From: Octopus sinensis
Taxonomy: Eukaryota
Reading direction: 5' to 3'
DNA: 64,000 nucleotides
NCBI RefSeq assembly: GCF_006345805.1
Contig: NC_043006.1
Coordinates: forward strand, 60,016,001-60,080,000
The notes below the pieces were generated by a model. That model worked only from the letters and a program-made list of their open reading frames with translations, did not search any database and was not told the origin of the DNA. The translations under genes and the position numbers were made by a program. Shown piece after piece: positions 25,401 to 36,915 of the stretch (positions are counted from its first letter, which is position 1; each line of letters starts with the position of its first letter).

Positions 25401-27912
25401 AAAGAGTGAAACCAGTAAAAGATTAATGATAATATGTTTGTGTGTCTGTGTGTGTATGTATGAGTGTATGTGTGTGTGCTTGATAATTCTGCTTAGTACT
25501 GTTAACGTGGCGACTCTACAGAGATAAGATATGAATATGTTCAACTCGAGTTCAAAGGTCTTAAAGACGGATGGTTTCCGATATCTCTCTATCCAATGTG
25601 TACGAAGTCTAAAGAAGATAAAGTTTGACGTAGGTACCTGTCTTGCTCACGGCTAGATGAAATTTGTAAAGCAAGAGATGATTTTGTGCGCTGCAGTCCC
25701 TCAGTACTTTCTCGTCTAAATTTCTGTCAGTTGTTCTAATCTCTTATAAAAAAAGATATTTATCAATTGCACGGAATTATTTTACATGCTATATCTCATA
25801 TAATATGGTAGCATATATTATGGTGGTATGTATGTAGGCAATGCACTTATGGAGTAAGCAGCAATATTTGCAATGGATATATTTAAAGAAACTCCTCAAA
25901 AGATTTGCTTCTTCACTGTATGTGTCCCACCGCCACATACACTGATATACAAAGGGCGGAATACTTCTGATCATTTGAAGTAATAAGGTCACTGGTTCGA
26001 CAATGTCCCTTCCACTATTACCAGTGTAGTCTAGAGCCAACTGTTGTCTCCCGCTAAATTCTTTCACCTCTTTCCCGCCCCTCTCCTAGATATATCTTAG
26101 TCTTTGTAAACATAGTACAATGTGTCACTCCCAAGAAGAGTAACCTATTCGACTCCGTCTAAGATTGAGCACCCAGCAGTCTTCAGCATACTAAGATGCT
26201 GAGGACTGCTATTGACAGTCCTCTTCCCTGACACCTTCTATCCTTCATTAGTGACCACCATCGCGGCATCCGTAAAATTATATCTGCCGGAGAACAGCAC
26301 TCGCAAACCACTCAGCAGTAGTCGCATATCATGAGAAGTTCTGTGAGAGCTATATTGTTGCATTCCATTAAAAAGCAGAAATGCTTTTAACCGTTCTTGG
26401 CATGGCATTTACCCCACTATATTGAAGTAGAAGTTTTCTGTAAAATTGCCCTATCACAACATGCACTAACTTACAATCTATGTGATATGAACTTTATCAA
26501 CTAACCTTGGTGTGCTTTAAGGTTCAATTATGATCTGCACACCTTTCCTCATGTACGTTTTCGACCTTTTTGCTGTGATATCTAACGAAGCTCATTCCAT
26601 TGCAGTGTTGCAGTGTTTAATACCCTTCACCCCTCTTTAACCATTTTGTATTCAGGTATCGTTCTCATATAGGCTAGGTGCTATCTGCAACACTTGCACT
26701 GCAACCTTGAACAAAGTCCTATAATATTTCTTGTAATGCTGTCATGATAATTTAGACATTTACCACAATGCAAGTTTATAAACATTGCTCGTATAAAAAA
26801 GTAATTATTGTACTTCACCTTAATATATGCTTGGACAACTTCGCAAATAAAAATTTTCAAAACTATTTTAAATTCTCGACCTCAATTTTTGATAGTCTCT
26901 TCCAGTGTGTCTACATATCCTAACATAACTGAAATTGCATCCCAAAGACTTTCTAATTTAGGGCAAGAAACTACTTTAGCAATGGTAAATTGATTATCCT
27001 TTACAAATTCAAGCAGCTCGTACAATGGGGGTAATCTTCTTACATATGGGTCAGTAAATCTGTTGTTCACATAAACATACTTGGCAGCTTTCAAAACAAG
27101 GTTATCCGACTGATTAGCAAAGATTCACTCAACAATACACAACAGTCTATGACCTTCAGGCATTTCTATGCTCAACCTCTCTGCCTATTTTTGCACATTA
27201 TAATGGCTTCTGCTCCTCTTTATGAGATAACCGTATACCGCTTCCATTCACGAATTCTATACACAGATTTGCTTTCCACTCGTAACCACAACTGTCTTTC
27301 GTCGATCAACTACTCCCCCATTGAACCCCTCCGGCAACCCTTCCTTACGAGAACGCCAGTTCCTTGACATTCTCTTTGGAAACGTATTTAAGGGATCGTC
27401 TTAGGATATTAAAGCTAAAACTAAATGATATTGATCTCGACAGTTCGAATAGCCTGCCAAGGCAATGAGGTATATCGTCTTTAAACCTTCTAAACCATAA
27501 AACTCCTAGAGATTAGGAAGTTTTGGAGAAAGACGTAGTTTTAGGTTTAACTTTGTTTTTAAATACCTCAATATTAAAAAGTTACAAACGAGAGGAAGGG
27601 ATTAGCTATCCCTACGAGCTAATAATTAAACAGCACCAAGCATTTCGCAGACTAATAATAATTTGTTAATAAGAGACTAGGTCAGAATGTTTCCTGGCAG
27701 CAGTCAATTGTATCGACTTATACTGACTGATTAGTAATAGTTGATATCGATTATCGATCACAAAGGATGAATGAGAACGTTGAATACAAGTGGGATTTGA
27801 ACTCAAACGCTAAGTTAATGTAAACAAGTAAAATTAAGGAACATTCTTCGGCGAATTATTAATTATCGTTCTTCTTAATGACTTACTTTATATTTTTTCT
27901 TCTATTTTTCAG

Positions 27913-28018
27913 ATGAAATTCCTGTCTTTTATTTTCATGGTGTGTCTTTGTCTACATAACTTCAAAAATACATATTCAAAGGATGTTTGTGAGAAACCGA
28001 TTTCTCCGGAAGGAGAAG
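27913..28018 (+). CDS. Gene 2 coding exon 1: signal peptide (MKFLSFIFMVCLCLHNFKNTYSKDVCEKPISPEGE)
   Basis: ATG directly after a ttttcag acceptor; N-terminal basic residue plus hydrophobic core; GAAG|gtaaac donor, phase 1 fits exon 2. Confidence 0.85.
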
Positions 28019-28061
28019 GTAAACGTTTTATTATTTCATTTAAATGATAATAATGATAGTA

Positions 28062-28102
<41 letters not shown>

Positions 28103-28121
28103 AATAATAATAATAATAATA

Positions 28122-28154
<33 letters not shown>

Positions 28155-28712
28155 TAATGCCCTGATGCAGTACCAGACAGTGGCTCTCATGGCTTCTGAT
28201 CTTAACTGATTGGAAGTGTTATCATGTACATTGTTTTGTCTAGGTATAAAAGATGGGCTACAGCAAATATTCTGCTCAATATCACAGATTTGCTTGTCAG
28301 TTGTTTGGCCTTAACCAGTTGACCATGTCCCTTAGTGGCTGACTATATGTGCATCTCTGATCACAAGCGGAAGTAGTGGGGGAGCATCATAGCCATGTGT
28401 TGAGAGGGATTCCTTGGGGTTTGAATAATTCACCTCTGGAAAATGGATGTTTCGTTCATCATCCTTAAAATAAATCTTATTCAGGGCCCTTTTGAGCAGG
28501 ATGGGCTACTCGACCTGAAGAAAATTCTAGCTGGGCCTCACCTACAAGATCATGCGCTGTTTATCTTATGAGATCATCATGTCGCGCACACATGGTTGTG
28601 ATGCATCTACCTAGTGTACACTAATCAGACGGGTAGTCATGATGGGTATATTGGGCTTAGTATATTTGTACCCCAATGTCATTTTGATGGCATGCTTTGC
28701 TCTTTTACTCAA

Positions 28713-28801
<89 letters not shown>

Positions 28802-29404
28802 ATAATAATAATAATAAATAAATAAATAAATAAATATACATTACTAGATAAATTAAAGTCGAACAAAGCAGCTTTGAATAAAATAGAGGCGCGTATAATA
28901 TTTAACACGTCCGTGTACAACTGGAAGTGGGAAGACCTTTCGTTGTTGATATGTTCCTCTTGTATTTCTGGTTTTAATCAAAACAAAAAGCTACACACAC
29001 ACACACACACAAGCAAGAAACAAAGGTAAACTGAATTTAGATGATGCAAATTCAGAAGGCCAAGGTGTGTTGGTTCTTCTTCATGTGAATACAAGAAATA
29101 TTAGGAACTGTTGTAGCGAAGGTGAACAATAACGCTCATTATATACATTTATAGTTTTTGCATGGAATATGTCAAACTTGTAAAAACGCAACTTTGAACA
29201 AACTAAGCCTGTTGTCCTCTGAAAACTTTTAGAAAATGTATGTAACAGGTTTGTAAGATCATGTACCCATGTGTAAATATGCATATATTTTGGCAGATAC
29301 ATGTACAACATTTGTCAGATTAGGTAGAATATTTTTTGTGGAAAATTACATGTAAAATAACGACTGAGTCATTGATAACGTATTGTACATATTAAAATAT
29401 TCAA

Positions 29405-29566
29405 ACGCAGGAGTGGCTGTGTGGTAAGTAGCTTGCTTACCAACCACACGGTTCCGGGTTCAGTCCCACTGCGTGGCACCGTGGGAAAGTGTCTTCTACT
29501 ATAGTCTCGAGCCGACCAAAGCCTTGTGAGTGAATTTGGTAGACGGAAACTGAAAGAAGCCTGTCG

Positions 29567-29642
<76 letters not shown>

Positions 29643-29865
29643 GTGTGTGTGTGTTTGTGTGTCTATGTTTGTCCCCCCAACATCGCTTGACAACCGATGC
29701 TGGTATGTTTACGTCCTCGTTCGGCAAAAAAGACCGATAGAATAAGTACTAGGCTTACAAAGAATAAGTCGTGGGGTCGATTTGCTCGACTAAAAGGCGG
29801 TGCTCCAGCATAGCCGTAGTCAAATAACTGAAACAAGAAAAAGAGTAAAAGAGAGTAAAAGAGTA
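29405..29865 (+). mobile_element. SINE family B copy
   Basis: consensus match; (GTAAAAGA)n tail. Confidence 0.85.
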
Positions 29866-30392
29866 AACTTGTATAATATCTGGAGAATGTTAAATATAGT
29901 TATTGTTTTCCTGTATTTTCCCGCTAATTTGGTATTTTTATTTACATTCGCTCTCATTAGCAACTGTCGTCATGTACATTTTTCATCAATACCTCCAATT
30001 GGAAAAATCGAATATTCTGACATGCAAGCCAAAATGTAATTATCACAAAGTTTAATAAAACATCAGCGGTCATTGTTGACGGCTTGATTATTCTAATATT
30101 ACATTCATTCTGTGGTGTTATCGTAAGCTATACAACTTAGAACAGATGGCGCATTCGAATCCTGCAAGCGATGTTGCAACTTCTGTCTATAGGACAATAT
30201 GCCCTCCCTTCCACATTGGAGTATTAGAAAAATTCTTTAGTCTACTAAATTAACACTGCTATCTTTACAAACATCACAACCAGCAAAATAAAGACCGTAT
30301 CAAACTAATAACAAAGCAAATGTATATGTTGTACTAGTTCTTGTTGTTTCTTCTAGATACTAATCAAACCATATGATCTGGTTTCATTTCAG

Positions 30393-30590
30393 TGGGTCCA
30401 ATTATTAAGATACCAAACCAATTTTATTTCAACTTAGAAGCAACTTTCGAGGACAAAAAAGAGGTTACGTCATTTGTGGAATATTATGACCATCCGGGTT
30501 TGCGTGGCGTGATTACTCAGTGGGAAAACGGTGGCTCAGAAAGCGTCTATTACAGCTTTGATACTAATGAGGTTTTCACAGTGAAAGATT
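30393..30590 (+). CDS. Gene 2 exon 2, start of ependymin-related/LolA-like domain 1 (VGPIIKIPNQFYFNLEATFEDKKEVTSFVEYYDHPGLRG...VFTVKD)
   Basis: tttcatttcag acceptor, GATT|gtaagt donor, 198 nt phase 1/1; P-x-x-P-x-Q-F and EYYD motifs typical of EPDR-like N-termini. Confidence 0.9.
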
Positions 30591-31010
30591 GTAAGTAAAA
30601 AATGTATGAGTTCACGAGCGTTGATTATGTTCAATTTTTTCCTAGCCTTTTCTTCTGTCATCTCATTCCTTTTCGTTATCCCTGTCTCAGACGAAATCAC
30701 AATCATATATTTCATTGTAACAACGCATCCTCATAACATGTGAAAACATATGCATGTATGCACATATACATATAAGCACACACACACACACACAAACGTG
30801 TGCATATATATATATATGTAAATGCTTATATATGAATATATATATGTATATACAAGTGTGTTTCTTTGTGTGTGTGTGTGTGTGTGTATGTGTGTGTGGC
30901 TGTATATATGTCTATATTATATGGAAAAAACGAGCAAGAGAGATAAAGTTCTTAAGATTATAAACCTGGAAATTTACAGTACATGTTTTTTCACTTGGAA
31001 AAGTTCAGAA

Positions 31011-34000
31011 CAACATTCCTTCCTCACCCTTCACTTCTCAAATCCCCCTCTCTGGAATGTTCCTCCCTTTCACCTATCAAATACCTCTCTCTGAAATGTT
31101 CAACATTCCTTCCTCTCCTTCCTCTCCTTCACCTCTGGAATATTGAACATTCCAGAAAGGTGGATTTGAGAGGTGAAGGGGGAGGAGGGGAGGAAAAAAT
31201 GTTGAACGTTTCAGAGAGGGGGATTTGAGAGGTGAAGGGGAGGAAGAATGTTGAACATTCCAGAGATGGGGATTTGGGAGGTGAAGGGGAGGAAGGGGAG
31301 GAAGGAATGTTGCACGTTCCAGGGAAGGGGATTTGAGAGGTGAAGGGGAGGAAGGGGAGGAAGGAATGTTGAAAATTCAAGAGAGGGGGATTTGAGAGGT
31401 GAAGGGGAGGAAGGAATGTTGAACATTCCAGAGACGGGGATTTGAGAGGGAAAGGTGAGGGAGAAGAAGGAATGTTGAAAATTCCAGAGAAGGAGATTTG
31501 AGAGGTGAAGGAGAGGAAGGGGAGGAAGGGGAGGAAGGGGAGGAAGGGGAGGAAAGAATATTGAAAGTTCCAGAGAGGTGGATTTGAAAGGTCAAGGGGA
31601 GGAAGGGGAGGAAGAAATGTTAAACATTCCAGAGAGGGGGATTTAAGAGGTGAAGTAGAAGAAGGAATGTTGAACATTCCAGAGAGAGGGATTTCAGAGG
31701 GGATGGGGAGGAAAAGGAGGAAGTAATGTTGAACATTCCAGAGGAGGATTTGAGAGGTGAAGGGGAGGAAGGAATGTTGAACATTCCAGAGAGGGGGATT
31801 TGAGAAGTGAAGGGGAGGAAGGGGAGGAAGTAATGTTGAACGTTCCAGAGAGGGGGATTTGAGAGGGGAAGGTAAGGAAGGAGAGGAATATTTGAAAAGT
31901 GAAGGGGAGGAAGGGGAGAAGGGAATGTTGAACATTCAAGAGAGGGGGATTTGAGAAGAGAAGGGGAAGAAGAGGAGGAAGGAATGTTGAACATTCCAGA
32001 GAGGTGGATTTGAGAAGTGAAGGGAAGGAAGGGGAGGAAGGAATGTTGAACATTCCAGAGAGGGGGATTTGAGAAGTGAAGGGGAGGAAGGGGAGGAAGG
32101 AATGTTAAACATTCCAGAGAGGGGGATTTGAGAGGGGAAGGTGAGGAAGGCGAGGAAGGAATGTTGAACATTCCAGAGAGTAGGATTTGGGAGGTGAAGG
32201 GGAGGAAGGGGAGGAAGGAATGTTGCACGTTCCAGGGAAGGGGATTTGAGAGGTGAAGGGGAGGAAGGGGAGGAAGGAATGTTGAAAATTCAAGAGAGGG
32301 GGATTTGAGAGGTGAAGGGGAGGAAGGAATGTTGAACATTCCAGAGACTGGGATTTGAGAGGGAAAGGTGAGGGAGAAGAAGGAATGTTGAAAATTCCAG
32401 AGAAGGAGATTTGAGAGGTGAAGGAGAGGAAGGGGAGGAAGGGGAGGAAGGGGAGGAAAGAATATTGAAAGTTCCAGAGAGGTGGATTTGAAAGGTCAAG
32501 GGGAGGAAGGGGAGGAAGAAATGTTAAACATTCCAGAGAGGGGGATTTAAGAGGTGAAGTAGAAGAAGGAATGTTGAACATTCCAGAGAGAGGGATTTCA
32601 GAGGGGATGGGGAGGAAAAGGAGGAAGTAATGTTGAACATTCCAGAGGAGGATTTGAGAGGTGAAGGGGAGGAAGGAATGTTGAACATTCCAGAGAGGGA
32701 GGATTTGAGAAGTGAAGGGGAGGAAGGGGAGGAAGTAATGTTGAACGTTCCAGAGAGGGGGATTTGAGAGGGGAAGGTAAGGAAGGAGAGGAATATTTGA
32801 AAAGTGAAGGGGAGGAAGGGGAGAAGGGAATGTTGAACATTCAAGAGAGGGGGATTTGAGAAGAGAAGGGGAAGAAGAGGAGGAAGGAATGTTGAACATT
32901 CCAGAGAGGTGGATTTGAGAAGTGAAGGGAAGGAAGGGGAGGAAGGAATGTTGAACATTCCAGAGAGGGTGATTTGAGAAGTGAAGGGGAGGAAGGGGAG
33001 GAAGGAATGTTAAACATTCCAGAGAGGGGGATTTGAGAGGGGAAGGTGAGGAAGGCGAGGAAGGAATGTTGAACATTCCAGAGAGTAGGATTTGAGAGGT
33101 GAAGGGGAGGAAGGAATGTTGAACATTCCAGAGAGGGGGATTTGAGAAGTGAAGGGGAGGAAGGTATATTGAACATTCCAGGGAGGGAGATTTGAGAGGT
33201 GAAGGGGAGGAAGGAATGTTAAACATTCCAGAGAGGGGGATTTAAGAAGTGAAGGGGAGGAAGTGGAGAAAGGAATGTTGAACATTCCAGAGAGGATGAT
33301 TTGAGAGTTGAAGGGAAGGAAAGAATGTTGAACATTCCAGAGAGTGGGATTTGAGAGGTGAAGGAGTGGAAGGAGAGGAAGGAATTTTGAACATTCCAGA
33401 GAGGAGGATTTGAGAGGTGAAGGGGAGGAAGGAATGTTGAACATTCCAGAGAGTGGGATTTGAGAGGTGAAGGGGGGAAGGGGAGAAAGGAATATTGAAC
33501 ATTCCAGAGAGGATGATTTGAGAGTTGAAGGGAAGGAATGAATGTTGAACATTCCAGAGAGTGGGATTTGAGAGGTGAAGGAGTGGAAGGGGAGGAAGGA
33601 ATTTTGAACATTCCAGAGAGGGGGATTTGAGAGGTGAAGGGGAGGAAGGAATGTTGAACATTCCCGAGAGTGGGATTTGAGAGGTGAAGGGGAGGAAGAG
33701 GAGAAAGGAATGTTGAACATTCCAGATAGGGGGATTTGAGAAGTGAAGGGGAGGAAGGAGAGAAAGGAATGTTGAACGTTCCAGAGAGGGGGATTTGAGA
33801 GGGGAAGGTGAGGAAGGAGAGGAAGGAATGTTGAACATTCCAGAGAGGGGGATTTGAGAGGGGGAAGGTGAAGAAGCTGAAGAAGTAATGAATGTTGAAC
33901 ATTCCAGAGAGTGGGATTTGAGAAGTGAAGGTGAGGAAGGGGAGGAAAGAATGTTGAACATTCCAGAGAGGGAGATTTGAGAGGTGAAGGGGAGGAAGAA

Positions 34001-34667
34001 ATTTTGAATATTCCAGAGAGGGGGATTTGAGAATTGAAGGGGCGGAAGGGGAGAAGGAATGTTGAACATTCCAGAGAGGGGGATTTGAGAGGGTAAGGAA
34101 AGGAAGGAGAGAAAGGAATGTTGAACATTCCAGAGAGGGGGATTTAAGAAGTGAAGGGGAGGAAGCGGAGGAAGGAATGTTGAACATTTCAGAGAGGGGG
34201 ATTTGAGAGGTGAAGGGGAGGAAGGGGGAAGGAATGTTGCACGTTCCAGAGAGGGCGATTTGAGAGGTGAAGGGGAGGAAGGGGGAAGGAATGTTGCACG
34301 TTCCAGAGAGGGCGATTTGAGAGGTGAAGGGGAGGAAGGGGAGGAAGGAATGTTGAACATTCCAGAGAGGGTGATTTGAGAGGTGAAGGGGAGGAAGGAA
34401 TGTTGAACATTCCAGAGAGGTTGATTTGAGAAGTGAAGGGGAGGAAGGGCGGAAGTAATGCTGAACATTCCAGAGAGGGGGGTTTGAGAAGTGAAAGGGT
34501 GGAAGGGGCGGAAGGAATGTTGAACATTCTAGAGAGGAATCCCCCTCTCTGGAATGTTCAACATTCCTTCCTCTCCTTCCTCCCCTTCACCTCTCAAGTC
34601 TCCCTCTGTGGAATGTTAAACATTCCTTCCTCCCCTTCACTTCTCAAATCCCCCTCTCTGGAATGTT
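31011..34667. repeat. ~50-60-bp purine-rich minisatellite with inverted terminal segments, in intron 2 of gene 2
   Basis: unit GAATGTTGAACATTCCAGAGAGGGGGATTTGAGAGGTGAAGGGGAGGAAG; reverse orientation at 31011-31135 and 34539-34667. Confidence 0.95.
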
Positions 34668-35029
34668 TTTACATTACAGCAAAATCTCCCTATAACAACA
34701 AATTCACAATAATGTTTGCTTGAGTTTCACTGCTATTTGTAGCACGCGCTGCTACTACGTAACGGCTGAAGAAGATTGTGTATGTGCGTGCGGGTGAGTG
34801 TGTGTGCGTGTGTGTGTGTATGTGTCTTTGGCATAATAAGGTCCTTGATGAATAATCAAGGGAACTTGATAAACGAATCCGAGGATGTGGCCTTTAACTT
34901 TCAAGATAGTAATGTGAGATTTACGTTCGGTTGATACATGTTGTATGTTAAAGAAACATTTTAGATTTCATTGGCTCCTCTCATCAGTATAATATCAATC
35001 TCTCATTTTGATGTCTGCCTTGAGGTCTT

Positions 35030-35592
35030 TATGCCCCAGGTCATCGAATAAGTTCTGTCCGATTTTACCTTTTTTAAAATTGAATGAAATGTAACCGTAT
35101 TTTAGAATGTCTAATGGAATTTAAAATTATTTTTTATGCATTTATGTATATTTAAACTAATTAAATATTATTTTACAGAATAATAGAATTGAAATTTCTT
35201 TGATTAAAACCCTTTCTAACATGAAAGTATCCAAAGAGCATTTGAGGTACATAATTCTTTATGAGTACAAAAAAGGAAACTCTGCAGCCGAAGCAACTCG
35301 AAATATACACTCAGTTTATGGGAAAGAATGCTTGAATAAAAGAATTTGCAGAAGAAGGTGTGCGAAATTCAGAAGTAAAGATTTCAGCCTTGAAGATTAA
35401 GAACGAACAGGACGTCCAGTTGAGTTTGATGATAAGCTCCTAGAGGCATTACTTGAAGAAAATCTTGCATTATCAGTTAAAGAATTGGCAATAAAGCTTA
35501 GTTCAAACCATACAACTGTTCATCCTCATCTTCAACAACTTAGAAAGGTTCCTAAACTTGGAAAATGGGTGCCTCATGAATTGTCCGCAAAT
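35030..35592 (+). mobile_element. Mariner (Mos1/SETMAR-like) 5' fragment: end region plus transposase HTH
   Basis: MKVSKEHLRYIILYEYKKGNSAAEATRNIHSVYG..FSLED*ERTGRPVEFDDKLLEALLEEN..GKWVPHELS. Confidence 0.9.
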
Positions 35593-35619
35593 CTCGAGTT
35601 GCCATCTGCTCTTCTCTCC

Positions 35620-36590
35620 ATTCTCACGAACTTGTTGGATCAGCATCATTGTTGATGGCGTCTCGGAGGTGGATATTGCTGTCAGAGCGCAATTTCTTTT
35701 GATGTGACCTGATGAAACAATCTCTCTGATTCCATATTTGCGCACATATCACCTGCAAATTGATGAAACAGCTCTCGAAACTGGTGGAGGTGATTACAGC
35801 AGTTATTTCGAGTCATAAATCGGTATGAGTAGATGTCCATGCAGGGTACTAGTTTGTTGAGATGTTCATTACGATTTTGGGGATCTTGCTGTAGTATACC
35901 GATGTGGTAGCCGGCCTCATCATTAATAAACAGTAGTAGATATTGAAGCGTATCGTATGATCGGTGTGTTTCACTAATTAGTTGGAGGGTGTTGTTACAT
36001 CGCCTAAGGACAATGTCTCTGGGATTTTTGCTGTTCACCGTGAAGGAGTACAGCTATTTCATTGCATGTGGGTGCATTGTAACGGCCTGTATGTTCCTTA
36101 GTTGGTATTTTCTGAGCATTAATGATAACATTAAAATTTGATGAAGCTTCTGTTTCCAAGGCATACTTGAAGCTGCGAACGTAGCTATTTTTCTAGTGCA
36201 AAAGGTCTTGCAGTTGCATTATCAGGTGAAAAAGTTAGTGCCAGTGGAAATAAAGTTTCGTCAGGTGGCTTGTTCATGTAAATTGCCTACAAAGTACAGT
36301 TGAAGGAATTGGGGATCTTGATTTTCAGCAGGTTCGAGTGATCCTATCCTATGGTAAATATGTCTCCGCACTTTGAAAGTAGGCATGAACCCGCCTTATT
36401 GAACAACATTAGCACCGAAAGATGTCATTTGGAATTCACAATTGTTCTTCCGGATGTTATTGAGGAAATATTTCGACTCTGTAGTTGTGCCAGCGTAGAG
36501 TGACTTCAAAAGCTGTGGTGGATCCTGCAGCGGAGTAGGGTTAACGTTTCCATTAGCATGATGGAATGCAGTGAGATACACTGTTAAGTA
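35620..36590 (-). mobile_element. Helitron RepHel N-terminal region, decayed
   Basis: PPQLLKSL..SKYFLNNIRKNNCEFQMTSFGA, FMPTFKV..IYHRIGSL..PQFLQLYF, RDIVLRR..ISETHRSYDTLQY, LFHQF..ESERL, HLRDAINND. Confidence 0.9.
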
Positions 36591-36683
36591 TTAAATATTA
36601 ATTGAAGGGTTAGTATGTAACTGTAGATAAGTTGCAAACTTGCAGCTGCTACGGTAATAGTGAACTGGTAGTAGAGATGTAAA

Positions 36684-36915
36684 CGGCGGCGAGCTGGCGG
36701 AAACGTTAGCACGCCGGGCGAAATGCGTAGCCGTATTTCGTCTATCGTTACGTTCTGAGTTCAAATTCCGCTGAGGTCGACTTTGCCTTTCATCCTTTCG
36801 GGGTCGATAAACAAAATACCAGTTTCCCACTGGAGTCGATGTAATCGACTTAATTCCTCTGTCTGTCCTTGTTTGTCCCCTCTGTGTTTAGCCCCTTGTG
36901 GGTAGTAAAGAAATA
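36684..36915 (+). mobile_element. SINE family A, single unit with 17-bp target-site duplication
   Basis: GGTAGTAGAGATGTAAA at 36667-36683 and 36916-36932. Confidence 0.9.

Noticed and set aside
31129-34527. Many 100-400 aa minus-strand ORFs (MFNIPSSPSPLKSPSLECSTF repeats)
   Set aside because: Translations of the ~50-bp satellite; frames shift with unit length.
31011-34667. CRISPR-like array (palindromic repeat units)
   Set aside because: The sequence between palindromes is itself repeated rather than unique spacers; eukaryotic context and no cas genes.
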